A DNA stretch of 64,000 bases, from positions 295,120,001-295,184,000 of the forward strand of contig NC_067398.1 in assembly GCF_016432865.1 (NCBI RefSeq). Direction: 5' to 3'. Numbering within the stretch: the stretch's first letter is position 1; every line of letters begins with the position of its first letter. The notes beneath the pieces are model-generated. The model saw only the letters and a program-made list of their open reading frames with translations. It did no database searches and was not told where the DNA came from. Origin of the DNA: Antechinus flavipes (lineage: Eukaryota). Position numbers and translations under genes: made by a program. Below, in pieces: positions 1 through 11,639 of the stretch.

Positions 1-524
1 TCAGGGTTTTATATGCCATCCCCCTTTTCCTCTTTTCTATTTGTATATGTAGAAATATTTGTATTTGTTGGTGAGCAAGCTAGGTAGTACAATAAGTCAC
101 CCCTGCATTTTAGCCTCAGTTTTCATTTCTGTAAATGTCAATGATAACAATAGCATCTAAATCAAAGGATTATTATGAGAAGCAAAATGAGAAAAGAAAT
201 GTGAAGCTCTTTTGTAAATGTTGGCTATCATCAACAATTGATTTTAGATTTTAAGATATTTTAAATAAAAGAAAATATAAAGAAGAATGAATTTATTTGG
301 TGCCATAAATCTAATTAAAAGAACTCAAAACTGAAAAGGAAGAGGGGTTTTAAAAATTCATGTATATTCACTATCATTACAAGTAGACACAGTTTGGGTG
401 ATGAATTTGTTAACCATGGCAAAGAACATGAAATAGACATCAATTATGTGTGCTTTTACAGACATAGGAAAGGAAGGAAAGGAAAGCAAAAAGTCCTGAG
501 AATTGCACAGTATTTAGATTATCT

Positions 525-1110
525 AAATCTTTATTTTTTTTACTTAATAGTATTTTCTTTTTTCCAATTACATGTAAAGATAGTTTTCAATATTCATCTT
601 TTTAAGATTTTGAGCTTCAAATTTTCCTCCCTCCCCTGCCCTTCTCCCTCCCCAAGACAGCAAACAATCTGATATAGGTTATACATGAATAATCATATTA
701 AACATATTTCCACATTAGTAATGTTGTGAAAGAAGACTCAGGACAAAATGGGAAACCCCTAAGAAAGAAAAATACAAAAAATAACAAAAAAATGAAAATA
801 GTATTTTTCAATCTGCATTCAGTTTTCTTGTTATCCTTACAATGAGATTCTTGGCCACTGACCAATGAATAGACATACTATGGGAAAAAATTAAATGGTA
901 TATGTTTTTATATTTTTGCTCTAAATGAAAAAAAAAAAGAAGTTGCCTCTCAATGGAAGATGATTCATAAGTTCTACTATGAAAATAAAGTGGTAGAATG
1001 AGTTCTATCATATGGTCAAAGGTAAAGATCTTTTCATGGGACAATTGACCACCATGGATTGCAGTTTTCATAAGTAGTTGCAAAAAGAACACTGTTAAAT
1101 TACTGTCACT
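525..1110 (-). mobile_element. Old marsupial L1-type 3' UTR fragment
   Basis: ttttccaattacatgtaaagatagttttcaa... motif shared with 28700-29160. Confidence 0.65.
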
Positions 1111-1252
1111 CACTAATCTCTGTTCCAGAGTGTTAAAGAGGTAAAGAAATTTTTCAAAGAGTTTGATCAGATTTAGAAGATCTGTTCTTCTTTGATACTC
1201 AGTGACTTCAATAAAGGTTGAAATAAGAGAGGACAGTGAAAAATAGATTTGT

Positions 1253-1383
1253 NNNNNNNNNNNNNNNNNNNNNNNNNNNNNNNNNNNNNNNNNNNNNNNN
1301 NNNNNNNNNNNNNNNNNNNNNNNNNNNNNNNNNNNNNNNNNNNNNNNNNNNNNNNNNNNNNNNNNNNNNNNNNNNNNNNNNNN
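1253..1383. other. Assembly gap (N run)
   Basis: N characters. Confidence 1.
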
Positions 1384-1577
1384 TTATAAAGAAACTTCAT
1401 ACTTATATGCTATACATACTTTCTTGTAGAAGAGAATTTAGAAGCTCTGAAAGTGGGGAGGAACTAATAGTATGATGCAAAGGAAATTAATTTTATCTCA
1501 ATAGAGAGAAAACAACTCATTGATGTAGAATTATTCCTTGAATTGGTTATCAGTGTATAGTCATACTACCAACTTAG

Positions 1578-2033
1578 TGAAATATCTGGGCGAGAGAAAA
1601 TACAGGACAGCCAAAATAATATAAATTTAAGAGTGTTTATTGCTAGCTGGCCAGCGACTGAGCCCCACCAGAACAGGGAAGTCAGTCCTGAGCAGTTTTG
1701 GGAATAAATATTTATAAAAGAAAACCACAGGAATGCTCTAAAACATTTATCCTACTAAAAATTCCATTCCCAGACAGGTAGCAAAGGTTAACAAAGAGAC
1801 AATATTTCTTTAAGTTTTATATTTGTCAAATTGTAAAGGTCTTTGGTTACAGATAAGGTTTAAGGTGGCATATTTGGGGGCTGTGTGTGCCTGCAATTTC
1901 AGACAGAAAATACTACCTGCATTAGGGAGGGAAAAGTTGGTGACATAGTTTTGACTACATACAGAGTTCAAACAAAGATAATATTCTCATGATTTCAGGA
2001 GTACAGGACAGAGGTTAGTGTCCCTCCATTTCA
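1578..2033 (-). mobile_element. 3' LTR of the provirus (456 bp)
   Basis: Starts TGAAATGG right after the PPT and ends CA. AATAAA at 1641-1636 and TATA-like TATAAATA ~1716-1709 on the minus strand. Homologous to 9316-9758. Confidence 0.95.
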
Positions 2034-2045
2034 CTCCCCCCTTTT
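2034..2045 (-). other. Polypurine tract (AAAAGGGGGGAG) abutting the 3' LTR
   Basis: Read directly on the minus strand. Confidence 0.9.
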
Positions 2046-2059
2046 ACTTGTGACTGGTT

Positions 2060-3959
2060 AGAGACTGGATTCATCAAAGGCCAGGGGGAAATAGGTGGTC
2101 TTAGCAACAAACCACTTACCTGCGTTTCCTGATTTATATGGTTAAACAGTTAATCAGACAAGGGGCAATTAGTAGAGCTAGCAGAAATAGAATAAGGGGG
2201 CTTATCAGGGAGGTTATAAAGGAGGTCATCTGGGGGATCAATTAAAAAGTGACTGATACCAGGACATTGTTGTTGGGCATTCTCTCACTCCTCCATGTCT
2301 TCTGACTGTAGATAGAGACTCCCTTACCACCCCTGAGTTGTTAGCATAGAAACAGCAAGCTTCCCCGAGAGCCATACATAGCCCTCGTTTAAAACAGCAA
2401 ATCTAGGCCCATTGATTTTGTAGGACAACCTCTGTCTAGGAGTTTAAGGAGTTCTCCAGGAAGGACATGTGATTTTCTAGGTCCTTTAAATCCTGGTTCA
2501 CCTGGGAATCCAGAGCTAACAATTGGCTGTCACCCTGGATCAGGGCAGCGGTCCCAACAGCCATGGAGCCTCCTATTCCTGGTCCTACTAGCAGGGGAAC
2601 AAGAATAGGAGCAGCTCTCCTTGGCCAACCAAAATGTTCTTCAGCCCCTTCTTCAGAGTACAGATACACTTGAGGGAGCATGTACACAAGTAAGCAAAGC
2701 TCTGGGGATTCTTCCAAAGCTAAAGTGTATTCACTGATACAAGGGCACATGTAAAATAGGACCCTGTTGGGGTCTGTATTAGGGAGTTGGAAGTGTTTTT
2801 GTAGGGCGAACCTCGGTAACCACTACTTAGTGCTTCTTGTATGGGGAGCGCTCCAGATCGTAACTTCTGATTTGAGGCACCATACCTCACCCTCCACCCC
2901 TCCCAAAGTTAACCTGGGAACATGGGCGGTGTGCTCTGGGGGCAGGTTCTCGGCTGAGAGTGAAAGAATCAGGATGGAGTGGGCCTCTGTCCCCCAGGTG
3001 GCACATATATCTATGCCTACAAAGTAAGGGGGGGTCCAGGCAGAGCCAACAGCTTGGCGAGGGTGGGGCTGGTCAGGTTTATCAGCCAATATACTTCATC
3101 AAGGGCTGATATAAAGGTCTTATAGGGAGACAGCAGTCCTCAGGGGAGTGGAAGCTGCGGGGAGGGGAGTGGTGTTTGTCCTGGTTTCCTCCCTTTAGAC
3201 AAAAAGTGGTTGTGGCTGGTCTCAGGAGTAAAGGAGCAGGTTAATAACTGCATTAGGGCTTCTGGGGATACTTTCTCTTGGGAGGGTCCTTTAGATTGTG
3301 AACAGGGCTCCCAAATCTCTTCCTGCCACATAAAATCTGGTACCCCAGCTCCTTCCCAATTCCCAGGCCTCATAATGCCATCCTTTCATGCAATGGGATT
3401 GCAGGTGCCTTCCTTCTGACATTGTTGTGGTGACATCAGTTAACCAAGTGACCATTGATGTGGTAACATCAGTTAACCTATGTATCTTAATGTAGGAGTC
3501 CTTACCTCCCTCCGAGAGCCAATCTCTATGGTCTCACAACCCCATGATCCACAGTGGTACTGGCTCAACCCTTGACACTTAGACGGTCCATTCGCTGGGC
3601 ACATATAGTACTGGGTTTTCCCCAATCCTTTCGCCATGCTCAGGGACCCACATCCATAGGAGGGAAGGACTGTGTTTCTACATTCCCTTCCCTTAATTTG
3701 GAGGGACCGTTTTTTCATGAGTGTTGTAAACCAATGTCAGCAGGAAGGGGGAAGATTCCAAGAGCTGCTCAAGAGCTGGCATAGACCCAGATAAAACCAT
3801 GGCTCTCTGTAAGTATCATTTTGGGCCATCACCTCCCCCCAGTAGTTATTAGGGTCCACACATATCTATGGGGGAAATGTGGCTGGGCTTCCCCAATAGA
3901 GTGGGGGAAACAAGAGGGAGGATCAGGCCATAAAAGAGGATAAGATATGAAAACATCAT
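2060..3959 (-). pseudogene. env: ERV env (gamma-type), disrupted by stops and frameshifts ('env-2')
   Basis: Signal peptide MMFSYLILFYGLILPLVSP; SU motif YYMCPANGPSKCQGLSQYHCGSWGCET; CWLC at 3051-3040; furin site and fusion peptide WPRR|AAPILVPLLVG; frameshifted ISD LQNxxGLDLL; CX6CC (LCMALGEACCFYANNSGVVRES); hydrophobic TM anchor. Confidence 0.93.
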
Positions 3960-5060
3960 CTTCCAGGGTCGGGTCCTGCAGACACCTTGGGAGCAGGGCA
4001 AGGCCTCACATGCAAACGATGGATCCATGTCTTGACCACCTTCACTGCTGAGGGATTAGAGAGGATGACCTGGTATGGGCCAGTCCAGCGGGCTTCTAAT
4101 ACAGAGCCACGAGGAAATTTTCTGGTCAGGATCCAGTCACTGGTTGGAGGTCCAGTCCACAGGCTGGGGTGAGGGAGACTAGGCAGAGGCTCGATATAGA
4201 GCTCTGACCGCTGCCCGGATGTCCTGGAGAGCCTGCAGGGACTTGAAAAGGGAACCATTAGTAACATCATAAGAGCTGTTCTGCCCCATGTGGGGAAGAA
4301 TAGGGGTAGAGCACTGAATAGGATCTCAAAGGGTGAGAGGGAAAGAACGGAAGGATTTGGAGTACACCCAGCCCTAATGAGGGCAAAGGGAAGGAGTCCT
4401 ACCCAGGTCTCGCTAGTTTCCAACTGGAGCTTAGAATTGTGCTCCTTAAGAGTCCTGGTCATTCCTTCCACCCGACCCTAACTCTTTGTCTATAGAAACA
4501 GTGCCAGGGAGTGAACAACATTAGGGAAAAAAAAAAAAAGCTGGGCCATTGTCAGACCTGAGGGAGAGAGGAAGGTTGAACCAGGGGATAATTTGATTCA
4601 TAAGTTTCTTGGCTAGACCAAAGTGGACTAGACTTGATGGGAAAAGCTTAGGGCCAACTGGAGAAGGTGTCAACAAAAACTAAAAGAAAACGATGTCCTT
4701 GAATCTACGTCTCCATATCCATGAAATTAACTTCCCAGTGTTCACTGGGTGTGAGTCCTTGGGGCACAGAGTAGACACAGTGGGGAGATGGGCAGGGTTC
4801 ACTTTGGCACAGGTCAGGCATTGGCAGGCAGCAGTCTCAGTGAGGGTTTTCATTCCAGGGAAGAAAAAGAAATGGGAAAGCAGATCATATAAGGGAGTCC
4901 CCCCAAGTGAGTTAGAGAGTACAGTTTTAAAATAAAAGGATAGCTCAAGGCTTTTGGAAGAATCACACGTCCTTCTGAAGGGCGCCACCAGCCTTGACCA
5001 TCAGCTGAGCCAGGAGGATCTTGAGGTCTGTGCGAGGGTTGGTTGCCCATAGGTTTTGTT
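3960..5060 (-). pseudogene. pol: ERV pol, integrase portion only, disrupted
   Basis: GWW..EGRVILP, THLG...CLTCAKVN zinc finger, FVDTFS, SDNGPAF, VEGMTRTLK (DDE core) and C-terminal WTGPYQVIL motif (ORFs 4850..5050, 4680..4988, 3956..4471). Confidence 0.93.
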
Positions 5061-5279
5061 GAACTCCCCCTTATCTTGAGTTTGTAACCTTAGAGTAACT
5101 AGCCCTAACTTATATCAGCTCTAATGAACAGAAGGAGGGTTTGCAAACGGGAACTGAGGCAGAACAATTAAAGGGAACTGTGGCACAGCATTCTACATGC
5201 TCTCTTCTGAATATTTAAATCATTGAATTACCTTCCTCTAGATACCTGGAAGGTCTCAGCACCATAATTTTTAACCAAT

Positions 5280-5960
5280 CCTATGTGAAGCAATAAATCA
5301 AAATAAAACTAGAAAAATGTAAAGACTTATGGCAAGGACAAGTATTTCTCTGACAACCCCAGAGTTTTCAGCAGTACAAAGGCTCCCTGTTGCAGCATGT
5401 CAGATCCTCTGCAGTTGGGGCACCATCTCAGCCAGAAAATCCAGTTTGAGATGGACAGTTCACTGTGAGTTAGGTGGTCTGCAGTCATTTATGCATGTAA
5501 CTCAGCCTCTGCTTATAGAGCAGCAGGGCTCAAAACAGCCCATTCATAGGGGCAACCCACTCCACCAGGGGAGAAGGGTGAGGCTTGGAGTAGCTTCACC
5601 TGTTCCCACCCAGAGGAACAGACAGGGCTGGTACTAGAATACAGGAAGGATCCAGATTTCTGAGCAGAGTTATCAGCGTATGCACAGTTAGGCCATCAAA
5701 GCAGGCAAACCCTGAACTTTTAGAGGTCTTAGCTCAAAACTACAATGTCCTTTGAAAATGCTGAGACACTAATTAAGAAATGAGGGTTACAGGACTGGAG
5801 ACTGCCAAGTCCCAAGGTGTTTGATTTCTAGTTGTTTCTAAAAAAAAAAAAAAAAAAAAAAATTAGTCCCAAAAACTGAGAGTGCTAGGGCAATTCTAAT
5901 AAAATAAGGGATTCCAAAGCTAAAGTATAACCAGCAATTATAGTCCAGTAAGTTTAAAAA
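5280..5960 (-). pseudogene. Second, more decayed env remnant (SU C-terminus plus TM; 'env-1') upstream of integrase
   Basis: Minus-strand translation with frameshifts: YTLALES; FACFDGLT...CILV; NR(*)-ATP..PLV; AVLSPAAL; SISN/KLDFLAEMVPQ..RG.DML.QQG.LC; AENSGVVRE; then hydrophobic ILVLAISLYIFLVLF. Motif order is that of a gamma-type env. Confidence 0.7.
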
Positions 5961-8900
5961 CGAAAAAGGACTGTTAGAAGGCTTTCAATTCAATCTGAAC
6001 TAGTGAAATAAGGGGTGGGACAGAAGCACCTAAGGCAAAGTGAATAGGAACTGGGGGTTCCCATTCTTTCAGGTATTTTGAGAAAAATCCACCAGTTTCC
6101 CCAATTTCCTATCTCTTCTTCCCTTCTTTTACTTTCAGGCAAATTTACCAAAAAGGCAAATAAATTGTTAAATAACCATCCCACATGTAAATCCCAAGAG
6201 TGAATTCCTATACATATCACAGTAGGGTTTAACAGCAATAGTTACACAATTTTAACAATTTCCATCCCAAATCTTAAACACACAATAATAGATGACCCAA
6301 TCAGGGTTTAACAGTCATTCATCAAGAATTCCCAAATCCCCATATCAGTCCATCATGGGTAGGGGATGAAACTTCATTCGAAACTGCTTCATACTGAGTA
6401 TGGGTGGAGAGTCATATCCAATCCAAGCAGGGGGATGGGTGTGGTGTGGCTTGATGAAAATGATCAAAACTTCCATGTACCAGAAGCAGGTCAATATAGC
6501 TGTAATTTGACCAAAATCTAGAACAAAAAACAAATCTAACAAATAAAGGTTAGAACAGACTAATACAAAATGTGAAAAAGCCAGTATGGCCAGCAGCTTC
6601 CCATGAAAGGAGACAGGCAAATGGCTGCCAGCTGTAGTCCCAGTAAAAACAGCAGGTAAGTTTCACAGATCACTATGCTAATTGTCCTCTCATTAGTTAG
6701 AAACCTTTAAAAAATTGAATATCCACAGACAAAATATTCAGTAACAGATGACCAGGCTAAATACTTATTTGCCTAAGTATTTAGGATATAATAATTATAT
6801 ACAATCAGATTGGAAACAGCAAGATATAATTGAATTGCATTAACAGTTCCTAACATTCCTAAAAACATCATTTCTGATAAGTCACAGGAGGAAAAAAATA
6901 CAGGGACATAACTAAAACATAACATAAGTAGTTAAAACTATCCTTCAGCGCATACAGTATAAAATAGCCTTAACTCAGTTTTAACCAGATAATTAACCTA
7001 ACAGAGCTTTAAAACTCCCAAATAATATTAACCACAAGTCCAAAAATTCGAACTCCACTAACAAATCCCATTAACCAAAGCTTCAGAGAAATCTCAAACA
7101 GGTTTTTATCATAACTTTATATTGATAACAGTAAGAAATTTGTCCCAGTAAATTCACAATTTACCTTTCATATTCAAGTAAATGTTTCCTAAGTGAGCAT
7201 TATACAAATCATTTTGCTTTAAAATACCCAGTACATAGAGAAATCCCAAATTATATTGTCCATAACAGAAACATTTTCAAAAGGACAAAGAAGAAAAAAA
7301 CTATTATTCTCAGAGGTCCTTTAAATGATGGACATAACCTCAGGATACAATCAATTAAAACTTATACAGAATATCCTATACAGAATCTATATTCTATATA
7401 TCATATATTATTATAATTCCACATAAAAGAATCTGAAAGATTCTTAAAAGTATTAAACTTTTAGAAATAACCCTACCAAAGTGGGAATCACATTTATGAT
7501 CACATTCCTTAAACAAGGAAACCATGATATAGCTAAAAAAAAAAATTCAGTTAATTAACTTAAAAGTAGGTCTGTCCCTTTAAATCACAGTTTGCTTTTT
7601 TCAGCAGAGGGCCAAGAGGCAGCAACTTGATTTAAAAAAACAAAAACAAACAAACAAACAAAAAAAAACCAGTTAGAACACACTTAGGGGGAGGGAGGAA
7701 GGGGAAAGGAGAAAGGAGAAGGGAATGCAAGCTAAATCTGCACAAAATATTCCCTCCTGTTCCCCACTCAATTTTTCTCCATCCTTCCATTAAAAACTTT
7801 CCTCTTTTTCTGTTCCTACTTAACTTTTTTCTTTCCCTCTTGTTATATACTTTAAACAAATTCCAACAATCTTTCTAACTAGATGCTCCATTGCTAAAGT
7901 AGCAGAAAGCAATGGGGATGGGAAATGAGCTGAATCTTTACCTTTGAAAACAAAAGATCTCCCATTTCTCCCTCCCCCATCTCTTCTCTTCCTTACTTCT
8001 AAAACCCTTCAAACCTACAACTGCTCCTACAAACCAATCTTTCATAAATCACCTTCATTCTCTTTTCCTTTCCCTTCAAAACGTTTAAGATTCACAATAC
8101 AGTGAATAGCTAAATAACTTCATAAAACCCACATGTCCAGCAAGACATAATTTGTAATGTTAACAAATTACCCAGTGTTTCAGAAGGTAACAAACTGAAT
8201 CAAACCAAATAGTTTTTTTTTTTTTAAGTTTTTCTTTCTTCTGCTTGAGTGTTCTTCTCACAGCAATTAGCTGTCTTACCTCTAGAACTTTTTTTATGGC
8301 CCACCGAAGGCCATGATTGAATTTTATTGCTTTTTTCCTCCTCTCCAACTAGAGCAGGCTGCTTTTTGAAGGGAAAATTTTTTTGCCATTCTTAAAATAA
8401 CCAAGTATTTTCTTTTTCCTCTTTAGTAATAAAGATTTCAATATTCAAACAAATTCTTAAGATCTTATATTCAAAATGACGAAATCTAGCATGTACAGGG
8501 TAGTAAATAGTAAATCATTTCCCATAATTTCAGAATCATCCTAAAATTCCTAACCAAATGTTTTCTTCTGCCTGAGTTTCAAAGCAACTAGCATAAACTT
8601 CTTTTCCCCAGGTGACTTCAATCAGATAAGGTTTTTTATTGTCCTTTTTTCTCTAGCAGGCTTTGAAAACCTGTCTGCCAGTTTTAAAATAGCTAAGCTT
8701 TTTTTTTTTCTTTTTCTGTTCCTTTTACTTACAAATTAGTACAACAGGTTAAAAAAGTTTAAAATCATAAGCAAATGTTTATACTAAGCACAGTTACAAC
8801 ATTGAAATAACCAATTCTTAATCATTGTTTTTAAAACTTTAATACAGCTCTTAAATCAACAATCACACAGAACACAAATCACACAGACATAGACTACATA

Positions 8901-9295
8901 GTTACAACATTAAACAAAACATTTAACATTCCCATTTCAATAGACACATTTAAACACAAAGAGGAGGAAGACAAACAATTACCGAACATAAGACATACAA
9001 TCCAGACAGAAAAACCAGGGCACTCTGACAGCGTCCTGTGGAGGTCAGTAAGGAGTACTGATGCCATGTCCAGTGTAGCCACCTACTCATTCCAGAGTAT
9101 TCACTTGAAATTTAATCGGTTCCTAAAATGCGTGAAGACAATTTGAGCCAAATTAGGTCTCACTCTTCCAATCTGCAGAAGGACGTTACCAAAGTCAGGG
9201 GCTGAGGAACGTCTTCTCAGTGGCCACCCCCTAGAGACGGTAATCCCCTTTGCTCTCCAGAGAAAGGGACTAACAGTCGGATAGAGACAAAGGCT

Positions 9296-9313
9296 ATCTC
9301 GCTGGAGCCTCCA
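9296..9313 (-). other. Primer-binding site, tRNA-Thr type (TGGAGGCTCCAGCGAGAT)
   Basis: Lies 2 nt after the 5' LTR CA. 17/18 complementary to the mammalian tRNA-Thr(UGU) 3' end (TGGAGGCCCCAGCGAGAT, recalled). Confidence 0.85.
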
Positions 9314-9315
9314 AC

Positions 9316-9758
9316 TGACATACCAAGGAGAGAAAATACAGGACAGCCAAAATAATGTAAGTTTAAAATCGTTTATTGGTAGCTGGCAAATGACTGAGCC
9401 CCGCCAGAACAGGAGTCAGCCCTGAGCAGTTTTGGGGACACATATTTATTGAAAAAACCACAGAAATGCTCTAAAACATTTATCACACTAAAAATTCCAT
9501 TCCCAGACAGGTGGGAAAGGTTAACAAGGGGACAATATTTCTTTAAGTTTTATATTTGTCAAGTTGTCAAAGTCTTTGGTGATAAGTTTTAAGGTGGCAT
9601 ATTTGGGGGCCATATGTACCTGCAATTGGAGACAGAAAATACCACCTGCATTAGGGAGGGAAAAGCTGGTAACATAGTTCTGACTACAGACAGAGTTCAA
9701 ACAAAGATAATATTCTCACGGTTTCGGGAGTGCAGGACAGGGGTTAGTGTCCATTTCA
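9316..9758 (-). mobile_element. 5' LTR of the provirus (443 bp)
   Basis: TG...CA termini, followed by the PBS. Roughly 55-60 differences from the 3' LTR by eye (~85-88% identity). Confidence 0.95.
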
Positions 9759-10239
9759 TTAGAGCAAAAATAAAATTCAGCCCAAAGCTAAAAGAATATG
9801 AATGAGAAGAGGATATAGTATACTGCTAAAATGATTCAATTCCAAACAATTTAACCAAATTTTGAAAAATGAGTTATCAATGGAAGAAAAAAAATTATAA
9901 TAATTTCATGTATTAAAAAATTCAGATGTGGAATTTCATTAGTATTGGAATTCCTGTTGAAGAAAATTCTTCGAGGGTCCAAAGCCAGTCTCCTTGTTGT
10001 TAATGTTATACTCTATTACTGTTTCTTCAGAACTACAGAAGTTTAGTCATAATTAATCAGTTATCATAAAGAGAACAAAAAAAGCTTAAGAAGTATCTCA
10101 ATTATCAAACACTGGACTTAATGATCAAATTGAAAGATATGGCAATCTAGGATTTAGCTTGGAATATAAATTAACTTATAAAATATTACAGAGAAAGATG
10201 ATGGAAAATTATGAGCAACATAATTTCATAAAGCAGAAG

Positions 10240-11020
10240 TGATAGAAAATAAAAAAATTTTCTTAAAAATTTTTGGAAGCAAACAGAATGAAAGCAGAGA
10301 AAGAAAACTATAGATCAAATTTCCTAATGAATATTGATGCAAAAATTTTATTTTATTTTATTTTTTAAATTTTATTTTATTTAATAATAACTTTATATTG
10401 ACAGAATCCATGCCAGGGTAATTTTTTACAACATTATCCCTTGTACTCGCTTCTGTTTCGATTTTTCCCCTCCCTCCCTCCAACCCCTCCCCTAGATGGC
10501 AAGCAGTCCTATATATGTTAGATATGTGATGCAAAAATTTAAAATAATATACTAACAAGGAGATTATAGTAATCTATCAGAAGGATTATACTCTATGATC
10601 AGGTAATTAAGGACTGATTCAATATTAGGAAAACTATCAGCATAATTTACCATAGCAATAACAAGACCAACAGAAATATGAATATCTTAATAGATGCAGA
10701 ACTTCTTTTTTTTCTTTCCTTTCTTCCTTTCTTCCTTTTTAAAATAAAATACAACCCCAATTCTATTAAAAAAAAAAAAAAGAAAGAAAAAAAACCATAC
10801 ATACTAGAGGGCATAGGAATAAGTGAAACTTTCCTTAAAATCATAAGTAGTATCTATCTAAAACCATCAGCAAACAAGCATTACTTATAATGGGAATAAA
10901 CTAGAAGCCTTCCCAATAACATCAGGAGTAAAGCATCAAGATGCCCATTATCACCATTATCATTCATTATTTTACTAGAAGTGTTAGCTATAGCAATAAG
11001 AGAAGAAAAAGAAATTGAGG
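10240..11020 (+). mobile_element. Old L1 ORF2 (RT) fragment
   Basis: Degenerate KENYRxISLMNIDAKI, QGCPLSPLLF.I.LEVLAIAIREEKEIEG. Confidence 0.85.
10349..10526 (-). mobile_element. Young, severely 5'-truncated L1 3' end nested in an older L1
   Basis: T-rich tail, dasyurid-type L1 3' UTR, 14-bp TSD TGATGCAAAAATTT (10335-10348 and 10527-10540). Confidence 0.92.
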
Positions 11021-11034
11021 GAAAAAACTAAGCA

Positions 11035-11256
11035 AAGCACCTAGGCTGAATCTGGAGTCAGGAAGATTTGAATTCAAATTGACCTAAGAAACTTGCTGTG
11101 TGATCTTAGGAAGTCATGTAACCTCTGTTTGCCTTAATTTCCTCATCTATAAAATGGAGATGATATTAGTACTTATCTCCTAGGATTGTCGTGAGGATAA
11201 AATAAGATATTTGTTAAGTACTTTGCAAAAAGTGCTTTATAAATTCTAACTTATTA
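11035..11256 (+). mobile_element. MIR
   Basis: CORE ttcctcatctataaaatggagatg..ggattgtcgtgaggataaaat. Confidence 0.8.
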
Positions 11257-11639
11257 AAGATAAAAATGGAAGAAAGCAACATATAGAAGAAAAAAGTGAA
11301 CAATCTGCAAAGACTTTTATAGCAAAAAAAAATTTTTATCCTCAAAGACAGTGAACTTACCATACTTAGCTTTAACATGAATCATAATAATAATTATGTA
11401 GTCCTTACTATGTGTGCCAGGCACTGTGTTAAGTGCTTTACAATTTTCTCATTTGAACTTAATGACTGGTTTACTAAACTGGTAAATGTCTGAGTCTGTA
11501 TTTAAGCTCAAAGTAAAAAGACTTTGAACCCAGCTCTTTATTAATTTTGCTCCTTAGCTGACCCTTTTGTGCTTAAAGAGGAGGTATCAATGATAGAATG
11601 AAAAAGATAGGGAGAAAAGATGGATTGGAACTAGAATAG

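Larger units (their letters stand above)
1578..9758 (-). mobile_element. Full-length class I (gamma-like) endogenous retrovirus provirus, non-autonomous and defective
   Basis: Two homologous TG...CA LTRs (9758-9316 and 2033-1578), 4-bp TSD TTAG (1574-1577 and 9759-9762), PBS, PPT, integrase and env remnants. Confidence 0.95.

Noticed and set aside
8160-8348. ORF ending DSVCYLLKHW, faintly like a gag matrix N-terminus
   Set aside because: Only a few residues of similarity and no downstream capsid, MHR or zinc-knuckle motif; not enough to call gag.
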